DNA of 64,000 bases. Source: Cycas panzhihuaensis (lineage: Eukaryota > Plantae > Cycadophyta). Position numbers and translations under genes: made by a program. This document shows, one piece after another, positions 52,547 through 64,000 of the stretch. The notes beneath the pieces were generated by a model. It searched no databases and had not been told where the DNA came from. It saw only the letters and a list, made by a program, of their open reading frames with translations. Numbering within the stretch: the stretch's first letter is position 1; every line of letters begins with the position of its first letter. Location: positions 93,069,741-93,133,740 of the forward strand of contig CM041465.1 of NCBI GenBank assembly GCA_023213395.1, in the 5' to 3' direction.

Positions 52547-55500
52547 ATGGCATCACAAATGCTACTCTCTAACATAACTAAACTAAATGGCATTAACAAC
52601 TTTATACTATAGAAAAAAATAAAGTTAAAAACTTACTTATAATAAATTAATTTTGGACATATGTAAATGGAGACATACCCCTACCTATACCTATAAAATA
52701 TTCTATCTATCCTACCATCATAATTCCTCCAGATCCTATAGCCTTATCTAACTTTAAAACTAAGGATAATATTGCCCTATCTTTCCTCCACTTGGTTGTT
52801 AAAAACCAAGTGGACCAAAATATCAAAATAACCCAAACATTTCATGAAGTATAGATGAAATTTTGTGCCTTGTATAAGAGAAAGTATGAATCTAGATCCC
52901 TAACATTTAAAGCTCATCTATTTATAATGCCTTTTACTTATAATGCTATTAATCACTTAAGTAAGGTTAAAACCATTAGGATCTAACTCATAATTCTTAA
53001 TGAGCCACCTTTAGATAATGATTTAATCTCTAGCATCATAAATATCTTACCTATAGAATATAACTCTTTTGTCTCTAAACTATATGATGATTATTCTAAA
53101 ATAGACTTTATAACCTTTGAGAGGCTCTTATTACAAGAAGAGAACATACTCAATTGACTTAGGATAACATCCACATCTGAATCATCCCTTGCCTTTGTAG
53201 CTCATATTTAGGAAAGGGCAAGACTGACAATAGAGCAACTCAACAACTTAGTTAGCACTAAGATTTAGTTTAACTATTAGACTCTCTCACCATATCTCAA
53301 GAGCCATATCAACAACCAACTCAACACTAGCAATAACTAGTTGGCACATCCTCCATCAATTCATGTTAGTAGCATTAATAGTCTTAGCAATAACCATAGA
53401 ATTAACTTCAAAAGAACCACTAGAGTAGATCAAATATCACCTACCTTTACTGTGGTAAAACTAGATACCTAGGTATTGAATGTATGGGATAACAAGCTAA
53501 TTTGCAACTCTTATAAAATCAAGGAAGCCAATCATATGGGCTTAGATTTAAATAAGCTATCCCTTATTGTCAATAACCAACCCTAATATACTAATAATGA
53601 GCACCCTTATATTAATAAGGAGGACTAAGCTACCCTCAATATAGATAAGGTTATCAATAAGAAGGATCATGCCCTCCTCAAGAAGTCCCTTTCCACAATA
53701 ACGAGGCCCTATTATATAATAAGGAGGCTTATATTATTAATAGTGAGGCCCTATTCAATAATGAGGATCTTACTATCTATAAGGAGGTCTATCATTCCAA
53801 TTACAAGGCCAATTTTACCAACATAATTGGAATCTTAGATCTACTTAAGGCTAAAGACTAAAGAATAGATAGTAGTTCCCTAATATAAATCAAAGGAACT
53901 AATAAAATAATCAATAATAAGGAGGTAACATTAGAGACAATCAAGATAACTCCTCCTATAACCTATTCTTTGCAACTCTATCTTCATAACTTGATGATAA
54001 TACTTGGCTCCTTGACATAGGTACTATAAGATACATGGCCAATTCAAAAAATATGTTAGAAGAGATCCACATTATTAGTACTCAAACCATCATATTTAGT
54101 CATAATTTGACTTATAACATGACCAAAATTAGTAAGGATCTAATAGCATTAAAGGACTCAAACATTAGACACCACATCAATAATGTGTTCCTTATACCTA
54201 AAATGACGATGAACCCACTCTCTATAAACTAAATGGACAAGTAGAATTTAGATGTCCTCTTTATCCAAGGTATTTGTAGAATCACAAATCATGCAACAGG
54301 TAAATTAGTAGCCATAGGACATGAAGATGGTAGTTTATATAGGCTATATGGTATTCCCTTTACCACTACTTACATAAAATAAAGCCTTCTCAATGGCCAA
54401 CATAACTCAACTTGATAAGGGAAAAGATGTAATTATTGAAGATTCTCTTTGTATTTAATAACTAGGTGAATTCTTATATTTAAAGGATATTATCACCTCA
54501 AATAACACCAAGAACCATTTATGGCATCAATGCCTTGGTCATTTAAATATATAAATCTTGAACCTTATGTCTAAGCTCCATATAGTATATGATTTACTAA
54601 AATTAAGAGATACTGTAGCATAGGTGAGACTTCCCTAAAGGGAAAGTAATAGAGGGAAAATTTCTCTTCTAAGAATGCATAGAGAGCCTCATAACCATCA
54701 AATTTAGTCCACTTAGATATTTATAGGCCCATATTAACTCAATCACTCAATGGAAGCATGTATTTGATCACATTCATAGATGAATTCTCAAGAAAAATGT
54801 GGGTCTACTTCTTGAGAAATAAGTACTAAACCCTAGACAAATTCAAAGAGTCCAAAGTTACTATTAAAAATGATATGACAATTAAGACTCTTAAATATAA
54901 TAATAGTCATAAGTACATCTCAAATCAATTCAATAACTTTTGTAAGAAATATAGTATCCAACATCGATTCTCAACACCTTACATACCATAGCAAAATGAT
55001 GTAGCTAGAAGGATGAATCAGACATTAGTGAATAAAGTGAAAGGCATGCTTAGTGCTATAAATCTTGTCACCAGATTTTGGACTAATGCCATGGCCACAA
55101 CTATATACCTAAACAATATAAGCCCTTAGTTATGGTTAGGAATATTACTCCTAAAGAAGCTTGGTTAGGTCAGAAACTGATGATAATACACTTGAAGATT
55201 TTTGGATGTATGAAATACAAACTTATTTCTAAAAGACAATAGAAAGAAGCTTGATGATAAGAGCCTAAAATACATCTTTCTTGGCTATGTACCTGGTTGC
55301 AAAGCCTACAAAGTATTTTAAATAGTTACGAACCAAGCTTATACAACATGGGATGTAATATTTGTAGAAGATACACAAGACTTCATTCTATCTCAACCTC
55401 ACTTTGTAGTTGTAGATTAAGTTGGTGCATCTTAAGTGACTATTAAATAAATTTTGGTTCCACTAGTACCAATCTCCTCCTACACTCTAGGTCCTTTATC

Positions 55501-57216
55501 AATTCTAATAACATCTACTTTAATAACATAAGTAAGCATAACTTTGCCACCAATTTTAGTTCATGATATTTAGGTGGAAGCCACTAGCATTTAGCCACCT
55601 CCTAAGCGGGTGCAACAACTTTTGAAGGATGCTTCTATACCTCCCACAACTACCAAAAGGCCTTAAAAAATAAGACACTCCATAAATTTTACCTTAATGA
55701 CATGTGTCCTTCAAATTCTTGAGCCTTCCATATTTGAGGAGGCAATAAAAGACCAAATATAGAAAGCATCTATCGATGAAGAAATGAATTCTATCATTAA
55801 AAATGATATTTGGGAGTTGATTGAATTGCCACCTGGGAAGAAAGCAATTGATTGTAGATGGCTATAAAAGATAGAATTCCATGTAGATAGCATTGTCAAA
55901 TGTCATAAAGTTTACCTTATAGTAAAAGGTTTCAAATAATAAGAGGGGATTGACTATGATGAGACCTTTACACTAGTCACTAACATGACCATATTCCATT
56001 TAGTTCAATCCTTAGTAGCCCAATTCAACTAACCTATTTACCAAATGGATGTGCAAAATGCTTTTCTCAATGGAGAGCTCAAAGAAGAGGTTTTCTTGAA
56101 ATAACCCCTCAACTATGTTGTTCTAAGCTAAGAACACTTAGTCTATAAGCTCAGAAAAGCCCTATATAGACTCAAACATACACCATGTACTTAGTATAGA
56201 ATCATGGATTCAATTGTTTATCCTCTGACCTAGATTTATACATTCAAGTTAGAGATAATTTGATCACAATCATTGTTCTCTATGGGGATGATCTTGTAAT
56301 CATTAACAATGACACATATGATATTACTTAGCTTTAATTAGAATTAAAACATAACTTTCAGATGATAGATCTTGGGTTGCTCCACTACTTCCTTAAAATT
56401 GAAGTTTGACAAGAACTAAGGCACATCTTCCTAACCCAAACAAAGTATGCCAATGAGCTCTTAAAAAAATTCATGATGATAGAATGTAATCTAATGCCCA
56501 TTCCTATGGAGACAGAAACCAAGCCCAACCTAGATAAATATGAAAAGCCTTTTGATCTCACTTTATACTGATAGTTAGTTGGGAGCCTCATCTATCTCAT
56601 CCACAATCATCTAGACATCTCATACATAGTAGGGATCTGTTCTAGGTATATGTCATAACCAAAAGCATCTCATTGGAAAACTACTAGTAGGATTCTCAAA
56701 TATGTCTATGGCACATATTAGTTTAGCCTTGAATATAACCAAACTGACTCCCTTATCCTGAAGGGACATACAAATGCTTATTGGGCAAGTTACTAGGATA
56801 CCTATCATTCAACTTTAGGTTATTTCTTTGATATAAACTCAACTATAATCTCATGGAGCTATAAGAAGTAGCCAAATATTTCCCTTTCATCCACTAAAGC
56901 AGAATACAAATAAGTTGTCTATGCTATAATAGAGTTGATTTGACTTAGAAAGATTCTCATTGAGCTTGGAATTCAATAATATACACATACTATCCTCTAC
57001 TATAATGATTAAAGTGTGTTGAAGATGATCAAGAATCTTGCATTCTATGCTAGAACGAAGCACATTGAGGTCTATCACCACTTCATCCATAAACATATCT
57101 AGAATAAAGAAGGTGATCTCATCTACTATCCAACTAAAGACCAAATGGTAAATATCTTCACCAAAGCACTTAGTAAACCAAAGTTTAAATGGTTTCGTCA
57201 TTACCTCAACACCTAA
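52547..57216 (+). pseudogene. Copia gag-pol, disrupted
   Basis: PR WLLDIGTIRYM; HLWHQCLGHLN; IN FIDEFSRKMWVYFL; RT IWELIELPPGKKAIDCRW and YQMDVQNAFLNGELKEEV; RH RTKHIEVYHHFI and DQMVNIFTKAL. Confidence 0.95.
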
Positions 57217-57243
57217 AGAAATAAAGTTGCTATTAATAGAAGG

Positions 57244-57633
57244 TGTTAAAACTATGCAATAACATCCTCATTTCTTATATTTCATGCAATATTATATTCA
57301 TATTATAATCTTTAGGTGACCCTTTATTGTAATTTAATCTTATTGTATAATCTAGTTGAGTCCTTTGTATGTGCCACTTAGTCAGCTAATTATATTCATG
57401 AAAATATTGTTGGGTTGCCTATAAATTAAGCCCTTTACTATTGCTTTGTACATTAAATTGATGGTTATGCAGAAGCTTTGCCAAAATTTAGCCTTATTTG
57501 GTGATAAATTCACCTGTGTTCTCTGATATTCTATTATTCTCATGTGTTTTTAGTTATTTCTATAATATTCAGATTAATTTAGCTTATTTTTAATTAAATG
57601 CATATGATTTATAGATCTTAAAATATTTTAGTA
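57244..57633 (+). repeat. 3' LTR of the copia
   Basis: TG...TA (decayed CA), followed by TSD GGGAA. Confidence 0.95.
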
Positions 57634-59959
57634 GGGAAAAGCTATAAAATAATGATGAAAAGGAAAATCTCTCTTCACTATAGCTAACTCTTAGAAATTC
57701 CACAAACGACTAACTTTTTAGCCAATAATTTTCTAAGAAAATAGAAATTACAACAAGAACTAGAGCCAAGATAGAGAAGATAACATAAAGAAGGCACAAT
57801 ATAACCATCAATCCTTCAAAACATAAGCAAAGGAGTGGTAGAAAAACATTACCAAGCTTTTGATAAGAGAGTTGGAGCTCATATGAAGACTTTGCATAAG
57901 ATAAGCATTTCAACAAATCTCAGAAAAAAGAGTTTCAATAGCACTTTTAAAATCTCCAAGTCTCTTCTCTCTTGATCCTATTTTTTTCACTTCTTTTCAT
58001 GCCAAAAGATGCAATAGCTACTAGTTCTATTAAGTTTAGGGGTTTTTGGGTAAAAGAAAGGAAGATCACATGTAATCTAGGTTGTGGCATATAAAGTAAA
58101 AAAGAAAATAGCATACATAACTTAAAAAATATTTATATGTAATAAAAATGTAAATTATTATCAAAAATTGAAAAGAAAAATGACCTTATTAAAGATAATT
58201 AATTAAGAAGTGGCCTAAAAACTCTATAAATTGGTAATAAAAGTGTAAAATTAAGAGGAAAAGATTTAAAAAGAAGTGAATTAAAAGGAAAAATGGGTTG
58301 GAATAGATTAAAAAAAAAAGATTTATTGTTATAGTTTTCCATTCATTAATACATGGAACATAATAATACATACATCATCATCTAATTATAGATCATCATT
58401 AATACCAAGATTATATTTCACCAAAATCACAATAACTCTATTAAAAGCATAACATGATATTCCAAATAATTCAATCTTATTTAATAAGAAAATATACCCA
58501 TGATCAAGTAAAACAATCAACAAGATAGACAAAAATCAATCAAGGGTCAGATTTTAGTAAAACATTTGCTCCCTTCACACCTAAAGCTCTTACTTTGAGA
58601 TAGAAGTAGAATGGTGAGAGGTGGCAATGTTTCATAAGTAGAAGTCTATCAAAATTGATAGGAAAAATAATTGAGTGATAATTGTATGGATGATAGAAAT
58701 ATGAAAGAGGAATTCAACTAGTCTAAAAACTACTAAATCCAAATTAAGGATAAATCCTAAGTTTACTATAATTATAGGCTAAGAATATCACCAAAATATC
58801 CATCAAATAGATGGAGCTTAAAATCACACTAATATAAGAATGTCCATGAACTATATGGGGCTTAAAAAATAATGATCATAGTTTAACCTTGTTAATTATG
58901 CTTTAAAAGTAAGGTTCCATGCTAGAGCATAAGGGATAGACTGTCATAGCTTATGAGCTTATTAATAGGTGACCTTTTAGAGATTAAAGGATACCATAGT
59001 TTAGACTCTTTAGTAGTTAATATTTTAGAACTTGATTATCATAATTTAAGCTCATCAACAATCATGTTTTAGAGTGCAATATTGTCATAGTTTTAGCTTG
59101 TTAGCTAATGAATTTTCAAAGTGCTATTAGTAATTGAAAATGGGGTTAAAAAAATAATAGAACACATGAAATTTGTTGAATTTAAAGCTACAAAAATCAT
59201 CATAAAAAATATTTACTTTTATATATGTAAAAGGAACCTTTATTGATGGAATAAAATGATGAAATTTCAAGTTGAAAAGGAAATCCATTGTAATTATGAT
59301 AACTAAAATTGGGCCACTTTTCTTTAATATGTATATGGTAGTTTATATTCATTCTAGAGTAAAAAAGGGTTCTAAAAAGAAAAATATAAGGGAAGTAAAG
59401 GCAAGAAGATAAACTAAGGAATATGAAGGAGTAGATAAAAAATATGTACCAATTCTATTCTCATAAACTTAAAACCATCTAAAAGCAAATAAACAATAAT
59501 AAGTTTATGCGAGTAGAAGATGGAATAATATAAACCCTCCCTAAAAGAGAGACTTATAGAATTCACATCATACTCAAGAAAGATTATATAAATATAGAAC
59601 ATTTCAAGATAAACTTGAAAGATCCATATTTATATAATTTATCTAAAAAGAAACATGTTATTTATAAAATGAAAAAGTCATTTACTTGATAAACAACTAG
59701 TTTCTTGAGTGTATAAGATTCCTCATTGGCTCCTTCCAAGGGAAAGGCTTTAAGGGACTTGTCCCCTACTAAGATCCTCCTTGGCCTATGATTCCCATAT
59801 GGCTCTATCTTTTCTAACACTTCATATTATCTCAAATCTATTTACTTAGCCTTCACAAGACTCATACTTCTATTTTCAAGACTTATAGTTTATACTCTTT
59901 ACAGAGTAGTAGTTTATACTCATTCTAAAGTGCGGTGACCCCATCATATATGAAATATA

Positions 59960-60361
59960 ACCAAGATAATTGTCTAGGATAATAGAAACTAAAGTGTTAG
60001 CTTCAATAATAAGTGATCATGGGATATATTGAATGGTAATAGAAGTGAACAAGGATATCAATAATGAAGCATGGTGATACAAAGCAAGGACTTGTGAAGA
60101 GTGGATTTGATAGATGCCAACTAACTAGTAGATAATAATCTAAGAGTCTGAGTGAATGATAATAGGACCATGATAGAACTAGGAAATCTTTGACAAGGTT
60201 CCTATAATAGTAGAATTCTCAACTTTATTATTGATTACTCTTTGTAGAAATAGGCTAGTAAATAAAAGGAGATTTTTTAATTGTTCATATATCACCCATG
60301 TTGTAGTAGATGATCTTGGGTTGCCTCTACTACCTCCCTTAATGAATATACTCAATGCCAT
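59960..60361 (-). pseudogene. Archaeal-type RNase H (aRH) of the Tat element
   Basis: IFIKGGSRGNP...INNKVENSTII...IIIHSDS*IIIY*LVGIYQI...FTSITIQYIP*SLIIEANTL, matching the aRH pattern DGxSRGNPG / NNxAEY / DSQLVxxQ / HIPRxxNxxAD. Confidence 0.8.
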
Positions 60362-61353
60362 AGGAAAGATAAGAACTAGATTTGAAGATAGAGTGATTGA
60401 TAAAGGGAAGTTATGAGAGTCAATTAGTAAGGAGTTGGTGTAAAATGATAGATAAGTAACTTCAATTGTAAGGAGAAGAGGATAATATCATAACTAGGGT
60501 AATAGTCTAATGATCAAAAGATGTTAAATAAGGTTTGATTATAACTAAGGCCATAGTGGACCCAACCTAATGAACCTAACCTATAGTAAATATAGATGGG
60601 AATGAAGCTATCACGCAACTTGCCCTAAATTACAAGACAATAGTAATAATAATATTTTTTACTTTTTTTTTTTTTTTATTGAAAAAAAATGATTTCAACT
60701 TTTTTAAAAAGAGAAAGACTACCACAATCACCTAATTATGAAATATCCCTTCTCAATACAACAAGGATTACTCCTTTTTAATGAAACCAAAGTGGAATGA
60801 AAACAACCAAACTCCTCAAAAGTTGAGCCATATGGATGGAAAAAGAAATATAAATCACGATGTCTCCAATTATAAAGGGATAGTGGTAGAATGAGCATTC
60901 ACCTTAGGAGTGTAAGTAAGGAGAACTAAGGATTATGAATGAAAAAGAGTAATAGGTGATATATGAGTAAAGAAAAAACTCAAAGGTGAAAACTAAAGAT
61001 AATAAGACCAAACAAACAAATGGCAAATTAATTGAAGATGACAAAATAAATCATATCTTATAAATAGTTATTCAGGGTAAAACTAAGGGCCAAAGTTCTC
61101 TTTTGAGTTTATAACTCAAAAGAGGAAAATAAGTAATGATAGTATACAAAATTATTGATTGAAAGACAAATTCCAATAACCAATACCTATGCATAAATAT
61201 AGGACAATAGCCTTACATGGTTGAAATAAGATTACCTTGTAAAAATAGAAGTCAAAATATTATTTAAAATAAGGTCATCTATAGTTTTAGCTCGTTAAAC
61301 AATATAACTTTTTAGAGCCATGGTTTATCCTTTTCACAAAGATGGGATGTCAT

Positions 61354-62472
61354 TAGGCATAGAAATTTCTTAAAAATTAGGAATTAACAGGCTTTTTGAA
61401 TTCTAAGCCTTCTATAAGGTAGAAACCCAGTAGGCACCATTTTCCAAGTCCTTAATAACCAAATAGGATCTAGTCCACTTTGGAGAGAATTTACGTTATT
61501 TATCATGAAGGTATTCTAACTTCAATACTTTATCACCAATACAAAATTTTCTTAATCTAAGCTATCTATCATGAGTAGCCTGAATCCTTGCTTTAGAATC
61601 CAAGTTATTTTGTAATGCTGATAAATGAGTTTCATTAACTCTCTCTAATTCTAAAAGACACACTTCTCTTTGAAACTCTTCATTAGTAAATTCTTTTATG
61701 AAGTACATAATGAAGGGATTTTGATCTTAAGAGGAAGGATTGCTTCAACAATATAAACCAAGGAAAAATGTGTCATACTTGTAGCATTTCTAATCAAAGT
61801 TTGGTATGCCCATAATGTTGAAAATAATTGAATATTTCAATCATAATGTGAGATTGCTATAATCTTGGCTAAAATTTTAGTTAGAGTCTTGTTAAATACT
61901 TAAATTAGCCATTAGATTATGGATGGCGTGGAGCTAATAATCTATATATAATACAAAATTTATCATGTAGTTCACTAATATAAGGATTACAAAAGAAAGA
62001 ACCATTATCAGTAATGATAACATTAGGTAGCCTAAAACTATAAATAATATATTGAAAAATCAAAGTTATGATAATCTTACCTGTGGCTAATACTAATGGA
62101 ATGGACTCATTCCTTTTGGTAAAATATTTCTTAGTAGTAATAATAAATTTATGGCCATTAGATGATGTGGGATAAATTTGCCCAATAAGATCTAAACCCC
62201 ATTAAGAGAAGGACCAAAGAGAAATCACAGATTTCAACTCTTGAGTGGGTCTATGAATTAACGTAGCATGTGATTAACATTTCTCACATTTTTGAATATA
62301 AGCATAAGCATCTGTAAATAGTGATACCCAATAATATCCTATACATAGGATACATTGAGTAGTAGATTGACCGCTAAAGTGACATCTATATATTCCATTA
62401 TGACATTCTGATAAGGCAGTAAGAGCTTTGTTAGGAGAGAGGCACCTTAACAAAACTCCATCAAAAGAACAT
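61354..62472 (-). pseudogene. Tat-type integrase, disrupted
   Basis: SFDGVLLRCL...ECHNGI..CHFSG; IGYYW; PFS*WGLDLIG; RFRLPNVIITDNG; LWAYQT; KFSPKW. Confidence 0.9.
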
Positions 62473-62801
62473 CATCAAGTAACAAATATTGTTAGGTAGA
62501 AGCTCAAATTCTTCTTCTCTTCTTCGCCTTGAAGTAGAGGACATAATATATGGAGAAATAATGACATTTGAAGTTGTATAAGAACTTGATATTTTGAAGT
62601 TGGTCATTGAAACTGTGCTATGGGTTATGAGAAAATTATTTATGGGTTGAAACCCTAACTGTCAAAGAAGGCATGCTTAAAAGCTTTATGTAGCCACAAG
62701 TATGAAATGACTATTGATGTCTATAAAACTTCTACTTGTGTCACCATGCAACTGATCCAACCACACAAAGATCTAAAACATGACCAAATGACAAGGGCTT
62801 A

Positions 62802-63350
62802 TTAATAGGAAAACTCATGACCTTTATAGGAGATATATTTCTTGATCTAGATAACCATATCTTTTGCACATGCTTTAGCCTAGTGAGATTTTAGGAGGAT
62901 ATCCAGTACTACGTTCTTATACTCTAAACACTTGAGCATCAATGTTCACCTTTCTTAATGCTTCTGAATAGGCAATTGCATGGTCCTTTATCCATTTAAG
63001 TTATGCCACTACTATCAATGTTGGAGGCATCAATCTTAGAGGAGGCTCCTTACCAGGAATAAGAGGGTTGGCCGCACCATAGTCCAAACTAAACTCTTCA
63101 TCAGGTTCAATAAACTTACCAGCCTGAACCACCTTTCGAGGATTATGGTCTACAATATTTACACCCAAGCTTACACCAAGAATCACATTCCTGGAAGGAT
63201 ATAGACATTAGACACATTGCAAGAAAATCCCTTTGGAATAAGCCCAAGTGATTTACTGCGCTCGGCTAGATTGACCTACTTTCCTAACCAGCGGAGTGTC
63301 TCAAACCCATCATTAAATGTAGCTGGGTACCTGTTCTTAGGAGCAAGACA
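62802..63350 (-). pseudogene. CXE: Carboxylesterase (CXE11/CXE16-like alpha/beta hydrolase) pseudogene fragment with intron remnant
   Basis: LAPKNRYPATFNDGFETLRWLGK*VNLAE; acceptor CCTTCCAG at 63198-63191; VILGVSLGVNI...EEFSLDYGAANPLIPG..PPL.LMPPTL...AIAYSEALRKVN...KKYISYKGHEFSY* (family-typical C-terminus). Confidence 0.92.
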
Positions 63351-63354
63351 AAAA

Positions 63355-63965
63355 AGAAATAATCAATGGTTTTAATATTACACTAAGATATTTGATAATG
63401 CAGAGATTAATAACACAATCTACCGGCTTTAGGCTTTTATAGGCTTCTATTGTGCATTGAATTTCAATAGATTTGGGACCTATGTAAAGTGACTGAAGGA
63501 TCTACAGGAATCAATTTCTCATACTACAGTATTAGGAAAATATCTGATTGGACCAATTCTTATATAGTCAGTGAATTCCCTTACCTTTACTGTGGTCTTT
63601 ATGCTTGCTTCATACTTTGATGTGAATGTGAAGTGCTTGAAAGTTTTTTTTATAATCTGCCCTAAAAGAGTATTGCTGGGCTATTGAGTTTAGGGATCCA
63701 AGGTAGTCTTGTGATGATGTTTATGCTATCCTCTAAGCTCATAATGCTTAATTATGCATACATGACCATGAAGATATCCCATTTGTACACCTTCAGGTTC
63801 TGACAGCATATTGGACCTATCTTTATAAGAAAAATTATTAGCATATGGTGCATGATCAAGGGGGGTGGTAATTAGATCTTCAGCAATAACAAAGGCATAA
63901 TCAATTACATGAATATGGATAGAATTTCTTTAGATCATACTTAAAGGACATTGAAGTGTATGAGG
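63355..63965 (+). pseudogene. DUF72 (YecE/UPF0759-like) pseudogene fragment
   Basis: Collinear motifs QWF*YYTKIFDNAEINNTIYRL; GFYCALNFNRFGTYVK*LKD; LGKYLIGPILI*; EYCWAIEFRDPR*SCDDVYAIL*AHNA*LCIHD; QVLTAYWTYL; KDIEVY. Confidence 0.82.
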
Positions 63966-64000
63966 TTGTCATCAAGTTCTTTTTCTGAATCTATTTAGGA

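Larger units (their letters stand above)
50260..57633 (+). mobile_element. Full-length decayed Ty1/copia nested in the Tat LTR
   Basis: 390-bp LTRs 50260-50649 and 57244-57633; PBS TGGTATTAGAGC at 50650; perfect TSD GGGAA/GGGAA. Confidence 0.96.
49095..62472 (-). mobile_element. Tat-lineage gypsy, 3' half: integrase, separate aRH, long 3' UTR, PPT and 3' LTR (58564 to ~49095) split by a nested copia
   Basis: Integrase and aRH motifs; PPT-like GTGAAGGGAGCAAA then TGTTTTAC at 58564; GGAGTCTCTACTTG at ~49199 resembles the Tat/Ogre LTR motif GGAGTCGCCAC. Left boundary approximate. Confidence 0.65.

Noticed and set aside
63001-63186. 61-aa ORF as a functional gene or exon
   Set aside because: Part of the CXE pseudogene, which has stops, frameshifts and loss of conserved blocks
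1-64000. Fungal RIP as the cause of the C>T bias
   Set aside because: TE lineages and gene fragments are land-plant type, and the bias covers CG, CHG and CHH contexts, fitting methylation-driven deamination

Overview
AT-rich, CpG-poor plant nuclear DNA with no intact gene; gymnosperm-like by inference from the retroelement types. It is a stack of nested, decayed retroelements. These are five Ty1/copia copies (two full-length with paired LTRs, PBS, PPT and TSD), a full-length chromodomain Ty3/gypsy, Tekay/Del-like LTR and gag remnants, a minus-strand Tat-type element with a separate archaeal-type RNase H downstream of integrase, and a 5'-truncated RNase H-bearing L1 LINE with a 12-bp TSD. The most unusual content is host-gene cargo. 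An antisense cytosolic HSP70 fragment sits in the leader of a copia element. At the right end, a CXE11/16-like carboxylesterase pseudogene is fused head-to-head to a DUF72 (YecE/UPF0759-like) pseudogene, and both are compacted by internal deletions. A ~2.85-kb decayed reading frame of unknown identity appears to lie inside a Tekay-type LTR. All identifications come from hand translation and motif recall; no database search was run.
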